Assembly: GCA_964035545.1 (NCBI GenBank)
Contig: OZ037769.1
Span: 16,770,633-16,834,632, forward strand
Direction of reading: 5' to 3'
DNA length: 64,000 bases
DNA from: Bugula neritina
Lineage: Eukaryota > Animalia > Bryozoa
This document shows, piece after piece, positions 1-31,532 of this stretch. Position numbers and translations under genes: made by a program. Numbering within the stretch: the stretch's first letter is position 1; the number at the start of each line of letters is the position of its first letter. Under the pieces are notes generated by a model. The model was not told where the DNA came from. It ran no database searches and was given only the letters and a program-made list of their open reading frames with translations.

Positions 1-486
1 AGCTGGGAGTAGATACATATATCATAGCACACTTAGTAATTTACATGAGCTGGGAGTAGATACATATATCATAGCACACTTAGTAATATACATGAGCTGG
101 GAGTAGATACATATATCATAGCACACTTAGTAATATACGTGAGCTGGGAGTAGATACATATATCATAGCACACTTAGTAATATACATGAGCTGGGAGTAG
201 ATACATATATCATAGCACACTTAGTAATATACATGAGCTGGGAGTAAATACATATATCATAGCACACTTAGTAATATACGTGAGCTGGGAGTAGATACAT
301 ATATCATAGCACACTTAGTAATATACATGAGCTGGGAGTAGATACATATATCATAGCACACTTAGTAATATACATGAGCTGGGAGTAAATACATATATCA
401 TAGCACACTTAGTAATATACGTGAGCTGGGAGTAGATACATATATCATAGCACACTTAGTAATATACATGAGCTGGGAGTAGATAC
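1..486. repeat. 47-bp minisatellite, about 10 copies
   Basis: Unit AGCTGGGAGTAGATACATATATCATAGCACACTTAGTAATATACATG. Confidence 0.95.
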
Positions 487-703
487 ACTACAATACACAG
501 CTGAGTGTTTGTCTTACATGTTAGGCACCATATTCAGCTAGGAGAATAGAGTTAGTAGGTATTACGTAATGACATTGTCTACCCAGAATGTTGGCAGAGA
601 TACTGTACTAGTTGAGTATTGGCTGGCTAGACAAAGGTATTTGTATAACTGTTGATTATAGATAGGCTTCAGTGTACTTCTAATAACTATTATGAAGGCT
701 CTC

Positions 704-815
704 CACTCCTTTAATTATTAGACTATCCACTCCTTTAATTACAAGGCAACCCCTTCCTTTAATTATTAGACTATCCACTCCTTTAATTACAAGGCAACCC
801 CCTCCTTTAATTAGA
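704..815. repeat. Short 23/24-bp tandem repeat
   Basis: CCACTCCTTTAATTA core repeated 5 times. Confidence 0.75.
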
Positions 816-1363
816 AATCCTTCCACCATAGGTTGTACAAAGAGTATATATTGAATATTACCTATCTACCAACCCTGCTTCCTCTCAGGTTACAGACTGA
901 AACATTTTCTGTTTATTTCCATCTAAAATCATGCTAACGATATTAACACCATCAGATACAATATAAAGGTACAAGACTTGTGTCTAAGATGTGTGATAGT
1001 TACTGGTGTGTGGTTTGGGGTGGGATAATCGCACCTCAACCCTGTGCTAAATTGAAATGTAAAATTTTAAGCTAATCTTTACATCTTCTCACTTGATCAG
1101 TAGTTGTGTGAATACACTCACACTTCATCATGGTACATTACATATTTGAATACTTTGAATTTTGGAGGTATCTTATTGTTAGGAGTTGCTTACCCTCTTG
1201 TATCTAATGAATTCTGAAGCCATTTCCTGGGTAGTAAGATGAGTTTCCACCTTGGTATATAGTTCAGTATGGAGTACAAAGATAAGACAGCTTCTCAAGC
1301 TAGCAGTAAATGCTGTTACAGCTGACTGTGTAGACTAAGAAGTTGTCACCCCTGCATCACTGA

Positions 1364-14046
<12,683 letters not shown>

Positions 14047-15303
14047 TCCACTTGATATACAAGACGGTACTGTAATGTGTCCCAACCTCCTAAGTATTTA
14101 TTTGTAGCACCTGTCACAGGGTGAACTACTCAACTAATAAATCCAAGCTAGTTCATTCGCACTCTCCTGTGTGGCTTGTACATTGAATGTAGTTTTCTTG
14201 TATCTCTTCGTCCAATTAAGTATACATTTTGACACAATGTATTTTATCATGTTGCTGTTTAGATTTGTTAATTCTTTTTATCTATTGATGCAATTATTTT
14301 CATATGCTATTACATATATTGTATTATATTTAAATATATTAATTAGTGCATGCCTTATACAGAAATTAAGATATTATAATTTACGTTGAACACTTTTTGA
14401 CTGATGTCTATGTACTGAGTGCTGGAAGTGTATTTTTCTTACTTCAACAGCCTGTATAGTATTATTATCAGTCTTTTGTAATAAATACTTATGTTGAAGC
14501 AACAAAGACCTTTAGTAATTCCAGGGAGTTGTCTACTTATAATATCGTAGCTTCATGAGTAATAGTATAGCTAATAGAAAAATGTTAAGAGGCTACATTT
14601 CACTTTGAAGTTTAATTTTGTTGCCAATATGAAGTGTGTGCCCCGAGTAGATTAGTAACCATAGAGATCTATTACCTCACCTTACCGGAATATAATCACC
14701 TCATTGAGTACTCATTAATATGTAACTTCTTCATCCATTTGTTGTCTATAGTCAACCTAGCCTCACCCTGTCTAGCTGCCAATTTCAGAGGTGAAGTTTA
14801 TAGACATCTCTCTATTGCCAAATATCTAGGGTTCAAGGTCGTGAGTGTAGGATATCAACTTGTAGAGCAGAGTGATGTATGAACTTTAACCTCTTGTTGT
14901 AGACTAGAGTTGGTTCTTGGAGATTAGTATGACAAATTGATAGATCACTGGAAATTCTCTACAAAAATACATTTGATTTGAACCAAGTCTTCAGTCTATG
15001 TTATATAATGGATATGTGATACCAGTTTGTGACAAAACTGATATGATTATGTAAGATGCAGTAACATGACTTGAAGAAAAGTTTAGTTGTCTATATGTGT
15101 AAATAATATGGTGTTAGTTGTATAAGCTAAGTACATGCATGATGCAAACCATGCAAAGGTAATAGTTTGAATGGATTACCTACTTATAGCCTTTCTTATT
15201 AAACTAAAATTAGGTGAGTTGGAATTGCTTTGGGGGAAAAGAGGGGAACATATATATAGAGTTGCTGTTCTTGAGACAAAATGTAGTGTTGAGTTTACCC
15301 AGT

Positions 15304-15400
15304 GGCCCTGTAGTTTAAATGGTTAGGGTGCCTGCTTGCAAGCTCGAGGTCTCGGGTTCGAATCCCAGTGGTAGCAAAAATTTTATACAACCGTTCTAGA
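15304..15400 (+). mobile_element. tRNA-derived SINE head or tRNA pseudogene
   Basis: A-box TAGTTTAAATGG and B-box GGTTCGAATCC with tRNA spacing, but the acceptor stem does not pair. A degraded similar copy lies at about 21785-21870. The 3' end is undefined. Confidence 0.6.
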
Positions 15401-15731
15401 ATGATTCTATGAAGTGGCACAATCACCGTTTAAACTAAAGCTATTGAATCGTGTCTCTGGAAGAGTTATGCTCCAGTCAGAAGTAATTAGAAATTAAATA
15501 GTAATTGCATTTATCGATGCCAAAGATTAATTAAATTGAATTAGTAAAATACTTCAGCCAAGTACAAGACCATTAATTTAATCCATTACCATCATTCAAT
15601 ATTAATAAACATTTAGAAAAGTTTTACGCCAATGTTTGAAGATGTTTCTCTGCTAATTACTAAATGTTAGATGTGAGGTAAAGTGTCTTTATGGCTAATT
15701 AGAGATTGGATGATAAAACAGCTACGGCCAG

Positions 15732-15740
15732 TATATAAAG
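15732..15740 (+). promoter_or_regulatory. TATA box of the TSR gene
   Basis: TATATAAAG 61 bp upstream of the ATG at 15793. Confidence 0.6.
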
Positions 15741-15792
15741 GGGAAAGTATTTCTCTTTCACAACACATATTGCATTTCTACATCAGCTAGAA

Positions 15793-22298
<6,506 letters not shown>

Positions 22299-22887
22299 AA
22301 CTAGCAGTAATGACAGTTATGGGCACTTTCTCACTTAGCTCTTAGACCCACATTGCTGCTTTATCTACCTTTTTATCAAAAGAATGATATACTAGAAGTA
22401 TAGATGGATACTCAGAATTAGAATTTATGTTACATTTCATAATCTATAGAATAAATTTTGTTTCAAAAGTACTGAAGTTTTTGAATTACTTAAAACAATG
22501 TAAATGGGAATTAATTAGTCAAGTTATATAAACTCATCTTGAAGTAACATTCAGTAGAATCAGAAGAAAGCATATTATATGAAACTTTCACCTACAGTAT
22601 GGCCGAGGATGCTTTTTTAAACACAATATAAGCACATAGTATCTAGATCATTCTAGAAACACTACACAACCTCTCTAATTACAGGTAGAAGTGCATGTAG
22701 AGACAGTTGAAGATGCATCATCAGACCAAAATAAAACAGACTGCTATATGATATGATATAACAATATTATATAATAACATCATAGGATATAAGAATGCAG
22801 TTGCTTCTTTCTGCAGAAATATATTTTTAGTCACATTTGCTCAAAGATGTAGCACTCAATAACAAAATAAATTACATGAAATGAGTT

Positions 22888-25800
22888 TTAATTTCCACAC
22901 ATTTTGTTTACCAACATGTCAGCGTAGGTGTTGTGAATATTGCCTGCTATGTGGTAACTAGTGGGTTTAGTAGGTGTCTGCTCAACCAGTCCTAGCCTGT
23001 AGAGTCTGGACAATAGACTGGACTTAGATGCAGGTAGATGGCTTATGTCATCGTCCAGCCGCTTCTCTTTTACCTGCGTTAAGACATTTTACGCATTACA
23101 TATTTACACATTTCCATAGGAACGACGTTATCAAAGAAATTTACTGACGACAATTTTGATTTTACAGCTCAGAAGTCAGATAAAAACTTGAACAGTTTAG
23201 CTTTACAAATATTGAAAGCACAGTCATTGAAAGCTTACTTAAAGATGTAAACCCAGCCAAAGCTGCAGGATTAGATTTAGCTCCCACCAACCTAATAAAA
23301 ATATCTGCATCTCATCTTTCAAAGCCTTTAGCTTACATTATAAACACAATTATCAATGATGGCGCTTTTCCAAATGAACTAAAAAAAGCTAAAGTTGTTC
23401 CTCTACACAAAAAAAGCATAGCTACTGATGTAAGTAATTACCGCCCAATTTCTATATTACCTGCTTTCAGTAAGATAGCTGAAAAATTTTAAATAAGCAA
23501 ATAGTAGATTTTCTAGAAAGCAAAAATTATTTAACTGATAAGCAGTACGGCTTTAGACGAAATAGAAACACAAATATTGCCTTAATTAATCTAACAAATA
23601 AGGTTTTAAATGCCATGAACAATGGTAATTCTGTAGCGGGAATTTTCCTCGATTTTAGTAAGGCCTTTGACACAATAAATCATGAAATCTTATTAGCTAA
23701 ATTAAAAATGCTCCACTTTTCAAGTCACAGTGTGAAGCTAATTAAAAATTATCTGTCCAATCGTCAACAGTCTACTATTATTAACAACACATATTCTGAC
23801 TTTATTCATATCACATGTGGAGTACCACAAGGATCCATACTTGGTCCCACACTATTCCTAATTTATATAAATGATCTTCCAGATGTAACTATGCATTTAA
23901 ACCCTATATTATTTGCCGATGATACGAACCTCTTCTTTGAATCAAAAAATCTATTAAACAATATGGACATCATAAACTGTGAATTAAAGAAAATAGAAAA
24001 TTGGTGCAATAAAAATAAATTAACTGTAAACATGAGTAAAACAAACTATATGATAATCAAAACAGCGCAAAATAAACAAGATTTAAATGGCTTTGCCTTA
24101 GAAATGTTCGACAAAAAATTAGTGGAGGTAAAATCAACTACCTTCTTAGGTATTATAATAGATTCACATCTTTCTTGGCAACAACATTGCAGCAAACTTT
24201 GTCAAAACCTAAGGCCCTTAGTAGGCTTGATAAGTAAATGTTCCAATCACCTACCTAGAAAAATTCTAATACAAATATATAACTCTTTTGTAAATTCTAA
24301 ATTAACATATTGCCTAGAATCGTGGGGTAATGCAGCAAACATTTATCTTGAACCACTACATTTACTACAAAAAAAAATACTGAGAATTATATATAAAAAA
24401 CATCACCTTTCCCCATCTAAACCACTCTTTCTTAGTTCTTCAATCATGCCTATTCACACTCTACACAAATTCAAACTAATACTGCTCTCACATAAACTTT
24501 ACTACTCTCAACTAACACATCTCACACATAACTATCCCACAAGATTTTCAGAGTTCAGCCTACAAACTCCTCCATCATCAATTGCTGCAGGTCAACGAAG
24601 AGTGAAATTCCAATGTTCGTCGCTATGGAATAAATTGCCTAGTTCTATTCGTGCTGTGGGGAGGGAGGCTGGTTTCAAACTTGCCCTGAGAGACCATTTA
24701 ATGGCAAATTTCCAGATAAAAAAATCATACTTTTTGAGTTGCTAAAACTTCCAAAAACCTAAACAAAAATCTTATATAACTGTCAACCATTCATGGCTCG
24801 GTGCCTCGACTAGCTACAGTGCTATTGCGCCATAGGCCCTGTCATTTTGTTTATTTTTTTCTCAATTAATTTTTTTTCTGACTACGACAAAATAAAAACA
24901 AACAAACAAACAAACTATGACATTATTTGTCACAATATAGTAGTTGTGGTCCAATAAACATTGCATAGTCACAGACCGTCTGCCTTGTAACTACTCCATA
25001 ATTTTAGCTCATAGCAAGTCCAGAATTCAAGGCTAAGCTTAAGCAAAGATTCAATTTAGTTACTATTCAGGTGTTTCAAGTAGAACTTGAGAGACTTTCA
25101 AACTTATAGTGTTGGCTTGTTCTATGTCTAGAAAGGTTAAGGTCAAGAGAGCAGCATAGGTATCGCTGACCTAGTATGAGGTCACGAGTTCAAATATTGA
25201 CAGGGTTATTGGTAAAGCCAGGAAGAGCATCCAATTACAAGTATACTTTTGTCTCACAGCTGGCTTAGAAAACCCTATTATTACCCAGGTTCTTACAGGG
25301 ATAGGTACATCATGTAGTGCTTCTTTGGTATAGTTAATAAAACAGCACACTTACAAGATACTGTAAAATGATACAAGCTTGTATGTCGTCTTGTATGCAT
25401 AGATAGTAGCTTTTAACTCCCTTTACTTCTAACATACTGTAATTATATAACTCAAGACTGACCTGGTGAAAGTGACAAGCACATTTCCCCTGAGAGAACT
25501 CTCTGTATCTACTCAAGGTCATCTTCAGGGTGTCAATGACATGGAATCCCAATTTATGAGCGAGGTGTGACAAATCCTCATTTCTTTTTATCAACTTTTT
25601 AAGAGATTTCTAAAATATAACATAAATGTTTTATCAATCAACTTTTGTAATATTTTTATGCAATGAATCGTGGTTTTACTTATACACATATAAGCTCTTA
25701 AATTGAAATATTATGATGATGTCATACACTTACACAAGTCCTCATATAATGTTTACATACTATATACTTAATTAAATAAAAATGGTAAAAAAACTTGTAG

Positions 25801-28800
25801 CTTTATTTGCAAAATATTTTAAAAAATGTTTATTACGATTCATGAAAAGATGTCATAATACCTATCAATATTGCGTCATGCAGTTTTGTGATTAGGGAGA
25901 GTTACTACTAATTACGGATTATTATAATATAATTATAGTGACTAATGGATCTTGGATACAAAAGATAAAATACTAGCTCGTCTTTGCTGCTAGTACGAAA
26001 ATATATATCGACAGTTATGCCTAATATATACATACCTGGTCATGGTGAAGAGGAATTCCCGGCACATTGAGTAGAAATCCTGAACTGTGTGTCTTTATAT
26101 AAATATTCTTTGGTGGAATTCTTTCCCTGTTCAGTGAAATAATATTCTTCGTTTTAAAAAGAAACACAAGTAGCCTAGTCATTAGATTCTAAATAAGGAA
26201 ACCCTTGAGTAGTAAAACACCTTTGTACCTGTACAGTAGATCAACAGTAGCTTATGAACAAAATTAACCTGTTGCAGAAAGCTTTTTGCCACGAAAGCTT
26301 TTGCTAAACTTTTTTGCTTAGCTTTTGGTGAGCTGAGCTCAAATTTAATACACATGAATATATCACATACTACTCTACATATATACTATTTATTAGCTTA
26401 TTGGTACAGTTCCGCAAACTGAAACTATAATGCCTGACACGAACACTCACTCCCTGCTTGAGATAGATATATATTAAATACTTTTATATAGTAATAAATA
26501 ATAATATATTGAATTGGTAATGAACAATGATAAATATATATTTTTATTCGTAGCCTGAGCACTTACCTAATTATAAATTTGTTGATTTCTAGGAGGTGTG
26601 ACTCAGCCACCCATTGCACTCCTCCAATGACTAGAATTGTGTGCTTAGGAATATTTGGTTTGCTAAAACATACAAAGTATATGTTTCTTTAAAGCACCCT
26701 AAACTCTGTAATAATGTATATCTTAATGTTTTAAAAGTCTTAACGTTTTACTACCTGTAAATAAGTAACAAAATTGATTATTTCAACTATAATAATTTAT
26801 AATTTTTTATTCTAAACAAACTGATTCTTTTTTCAAATAAATTATCACATAGCATATATTATCACTTTATTAGCCTAATGCCTTATATATGGGAAGTAAA
26901 CAAGCAGTTGACTTGATATTTTACCTCTTATTTAAAAGAGAATAGAGTGACTGGTTGAATGTGGGAGGGGTGTGTAACCAGAAAGGAGGGTAATACATGA
27001 AACTGAGGCTAGTAGCTTGACCTATATTCTGGTAACCAAAGTAACCGTGACTCTTTACAGCTTCGGTCAAGGTCGTATTCAATCTCTCCACCACTGTTTG
27101 CATGATTGCCCTGTTAGTTGAGTCTCCGAGGAAGAGCACCTGTTAAACAGGTGAGTGGTTGATTGATTGGCTGATTGATTGGCTGATTGATTGATTAATT
27201 GTTTTGCTTTTTTTAACATTCCTTATTTTTAATGGAAATTTATTTCATTCTCCTCGTCAATCAACATATTATGAGTTGTTCTCACTTTCAGTATATTAAA
27301 AAAACCCGCCTAAGTAAATATAAAAATATCAATATAGTTTCCCATAGGCAAGGCTACACTACCTGAGTGTTTTCTAGACATGCCTTGAGCTTAGCCTGTG
27401 GTACTTGAGGTGTAGACATATTGGAGCCTGGTTCTACCCATTCAGCTCTGTCCCACACACATGATTTTTCAATATTGCAGGAGCCACAGCTAATTTTCCA
27501 GTAGCCTGCATGTAGTACAGCATTTGGTTACCATGGGAATATTCATATGACAAACCAATGAGTATATAAGAACGTTGACGGTCTTTACATTCAGCACAAA
27601 CTATTGAAATAAAGTTTAAGTTATATCCCAGAATGTATGCAGACAAAAATAACAGAAAATTAGGTCATTTTACTTTTCCCTAGATCTCGCTGCTTATAGC
27701 AGGATGAAAATTCAAAACTTGTTCCTCGGTGATTCATGAATTTCCAAAAGATTTTTAAAAAATTGGCAAAAGAAATTTAATTAATTAATTTTTAATACAT
27801 TTTGCAACACTATTTATCGAATAAATCAACAATTTTTGCTATCAGAAGGCTTGAAAATCTTAAATCTGCTTAACACTTAGTTGACAGTGAAAACATCTTC
27901 TATTACCAACCATGAATCAAATTAAATAAAACACTTTGAAATTGTTTGTTTATACGAAATATAAACAAACAATTGCATACTGATAATTATACAAACTTGA
28001 TGACTATACCTGAATGGTGTAATATTCTTTGAGTGTTTGGGCTCCATCTCTGCAGCCCGCATTGCACTTTGTCATAGACCTGTAGACCACAGTCTTGCTC
28101 CAAATAACAAATCTCCTGTGAGAGGTGAAGGTCGTATATCCGATTTTCCCTGTTGATGCTAATAATATAGTGATGCAGGTAAGAATTCCCTTTACCTGGT
28201 GGTGCTGAGACAGAACCTGTGCGTAGACCAATATCCACCACATTAGATCCTAGACCCAGCGTGTAGTTTAGTACCCTGAAAAAGAGCACAACTCCCAGTT
28301 ACAGTTTATTTGACAAACCTAACTTGAACAGTAAGCTATAAATTTTAGTAGTCAATCAGTAAAGTTTTCATCTCTAAGAAATTATGTCCACATGTAAGTC
28401 AATAGTTATTTAATATAAAATATATTACCTTTACTATATATTGTTTATACATTTATATGCTGGTACATTCAAAGTTATATTCTTTTGTATTTGCAATAAA
28501 TTGTTTGGAAAATGTGCACAATTAGAATATTTGTATTTTTCCTGCATAAATTGGAGCAAATTATAAAATAACATATTTATTTTGTATTGCATGGAGTTTG
28601 AAAATCTACAGAAACAAATGATAGTGCACTGCCTTTCCGTGCATCAACGTAGTGTGAAGGTAAATAAGGCTCTGTAGTTTACAAATGTGGAGTTGCTTGC
28701 TCTGTTAAGCAACTTTGACCATTGCTGTCTAGCACAATACTTTGCGTCATACTTGCCTTGTAGGGGAAGAGTTCATTGTGACAGAGTGTACTGACTGGGA

Positions 28801-31532
28801 GGGCAAAACCGTCAGCCGGGCAGAATACGATGAAAAGGATACGTCTGCTGACAACCTGTGTTTATTCAGAACGACTTTCTTCAACTCTGTGTTAGTTTGT
28901 ATCAGTAACCAACTCTCTCTCTCTAAAATATAAGGCAGGTTTTGGCAAATATTTATAGATATACTCATACCATGTAAATGTTAAATATTACTAACATTTA
29001 AAAGTAAATTAAATCTTAACTAGGTTGCAATAACTCATTAACTAATCTCAGGTGAAAAGACAACTCCTAATTATTCAACTCACTGATCAACAGTTGTGGA
29101 GGAGATAACTCTGAACCATTAATTTATTATTTACCCACCTGGGAGTGGATTTTGGGTTACTTTAGCTCTCGAACTTGCGGTAGATTTCAGACCCTAAAAA
29201 ATTGACAAGTTTTGTGTAGAATTTGTAAAGGACAAAGTTTGTTTATACATATATTGATTAATTGAAAATTATCAGCCCTTTTGGGGTATGATTTCAAGCT
29301 ACTTGTATGTTTTAGCATCTAAACGGAATCACCTAAATACTGAATGTGAAACATACATAATCAGTTCCCAGTGGAATAATGAATGAATACAAGTAGAAAC
29401 AATTCTTTCACAAGCTCCATGGTTGATTGTAATTATATTTCAATGTCAAAATATAAAGTATTGCATAAGATTCACATGAGTTATTGAAAATCGAACCTGG
29501 AGTAGTAATTAATTTTTAATGTAAACATAAATATTGACAAGTCTTTTGTAGTGAAGGAAATGATGGCTGGAAAGTGTAGAATTTCAAAGTAGGAGTAGCA
29601 ACTAGTTAGGGGTTTGCAGCGTTTTCATATCTATCATAGAACTAAGTGTTGTTATTTATGCAGGTGCATGGCTGTTTTCTTTTTATAATCAAAAATACTA
29701 AATTTCAATCACAATATTGTCTTTGAGGGTAATTTGTAAACAATTATTATAATGGGAGAGCTAGCATGCATGGCTATTGTACCTTAGTGACCACCACATA
29801 CAGTGCAGTATAGGTAGTGTAGTATACAGGTATATAGACAGTTACTATAATATACAGGTATAATATACCTGTATACTATAATGTAGGATATCTTCATTGA
29901 ACAACACTTCATAGTCGTGTTAAACTATCCTTTCTACTACTCATACTAATATTTCTTCTCTAATTAATGGGCAGCTTTTGGTTGATTTTATTACAATTCA
30001 TATACACTCAAACCTACCAGTTTTTTTACCATGGCTTTCAACTAATAAGAAGTACAAGGCCCATCTTTAGCTGAATATAAATGCTTTTTTACAATTTAAC
30101 AAAAGGGAGGCAACTCCCTTCTTATATGGAAACACCTCACATCCTGAGCTTTTTGTGAGAGTCATAAATAGCCATCAATCTTAGGTATATTTTTCAATAA
30201 TGAGGCAAATATTAAAAACAAGCTAGCTTTCTCCCTGATTTCTAGCTATGTTCTCTGAGGCTATACTTTAAGAAAAAGTTCTTTAACTTTCAAACAACTT
30301 GACATAAATGTTAGAATAATTACAGCTAGTATATTACATTACCACATGTTCTACCAACTCATTCGTAGCAACTTCATAGAGTATATTACAGAGGAGTATA
30401 TTAAATATCAACCTATTCCCCTTCCTATCATACAATTGAAATATATATGTAGTGTAATATTATTATACTAACACTAGTGGTATAACATAATATAATATAA
30501 TATGATAATATGCATGCAAGCAGTAATATAAATAGTACAAACAATATAATATAATAATATTATAATCAGAATATACACGTAATGGATTGCCAACACTCAT
30601 GATAATTATTAAACATCAATATATTGAGTATGCTGATAACAGCTTAGAGTCTCTTAACTATGAGAATTCAAACAAAAAGTAGATTGTGATCTAGCATATA
30701 TTTAATGTACAGTAGTTAGGGCTTTGGTGAACACAGTTCAAACATTATTAAACTAATAACGCTAGCATTTAAACAATTTGCTGTTGATTTATAAACCAGC
30801 TTTATTAAAAATGCTGGAAAAAGTAATAAATACACCAACAAATCTACCTCTTCAACAATTTTCTGTAACAACAAGGTAGTGTGAAGTGAAATGTGTAGCC
30901 AAATAGTATAGCATGTCTAATTAATGTAACAAACAGCTGTGTATAACAATTACAGTTGCTATGCCTTCTTCAGACTGACTGCTGCTGTTATTATTAAGGA
31001 TACCTTGCAGGTTGCAGTTGGTTGAATAACAATTTGTAAGGCAGTCATCAACAGTTAAACCGAACACATTTACTAACTATAGAAACACAACTAACAGTTG
31101 AAATACCATCCGTGATAAACCATTAAAGAAAACAGTTGAAATTCTTTAATTTAAATAAATTTTAGAAAGTAGAACTTTAAATACAGGAAGGCTTAGCAAT
31201 GAATACATATATAAAACACTTTTCAATAAAATCATTTAACTTGGTTTAAGCCAAACACGCAGACAAACAGACCCAAAGACAAAAATCATTCTAAAATTTA
31301 CCGAGAAAGCTGTAAAAATATTTAATCTTACAAAGAGTTTCACTTAGTAGTTACATAATACTGTAGTATTCACCTTTGTGGTACTTTCCTGAACTCTGAA
31401 GTTGTGGGTCAGATTAAAGCCTGTAGACGTTGAACTTGCTTTCAAGTCTGAGGTAAGATTCACTGTTAGGATTGTGAAGAATATCAGCCACACTAACAGC
31501 TTCATTCCGAGTCTTTTAGATGTGAGAGTCAT
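22888..31532 (-). CDS. CPED1: Cadherin-like and PC-esterase domain-containing protein (CPED1-like, SGNH/GDSL family), about 507 aa
   Basis: Exons 31532-31374, 29193-29139, 28922-28757 (GC donor), 28275-28010, 27505-27363, 27139-26925, 26662-26567, 26126-26036, 25609-25463, 23073-22888 total 1524 nt in frame. N-terminal hydrophobic anchor; NYTLGLG..QDCGL..CGLQ; GYWKISCGSC..SCVW; VLFLGDSTNR (SGNH GDS); YYPPFW; VIGGVQW; GKCACHFHQ; YHIAGNIHNTYADMLVNKMC, all matching CPED1. The 5' exons are less certain and extra small exons are possible near 30850-31080 and 27556-27600. Confidence 0.85.
23108..24915 (+). mobile_element. 5'-truncated non-LTR retrotransposon (CR1/L2/Crack group), RT region
   Basis: KAAGLD, FPNELKKAKVVPLHKK, NYRPISILPAFSKIAEK, then a frameshift near 23490. 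The ORF 23615-24745 carries FLDFSKAFDTINH, GVPQGSILGPTLFLIYINDL and LFADDT. Short 3'UTR ending AATAAA plus an (AAAC)n tail at 24891-24915. No clear TSD. Confidence 0.92.

Noticed and set aside
1-486. CRISPR-like appearance of the regular repeats
   Set aside because: Units are head-to-tail with no unique spacers; the context is eukaryotic and there are no cas genes.
15304-15376. Functional tRNA gene
   Set aside because: Acceptor and anticodon stems do not pair properly; treated as a SINE or pseudogene.
25150-25240. Possible degraded SINE (B-box-like GAGTTCAAAT)
   Set aside because: Too degenerate to delimit or support.
30996-31076. U12-type donor GTATCCTT after a possible CPED1 exon
   Set aside because: No convincing U12 branch site, and the phase conflicts with the next exon; an 8-mer match is expected by chance in this much sequence.
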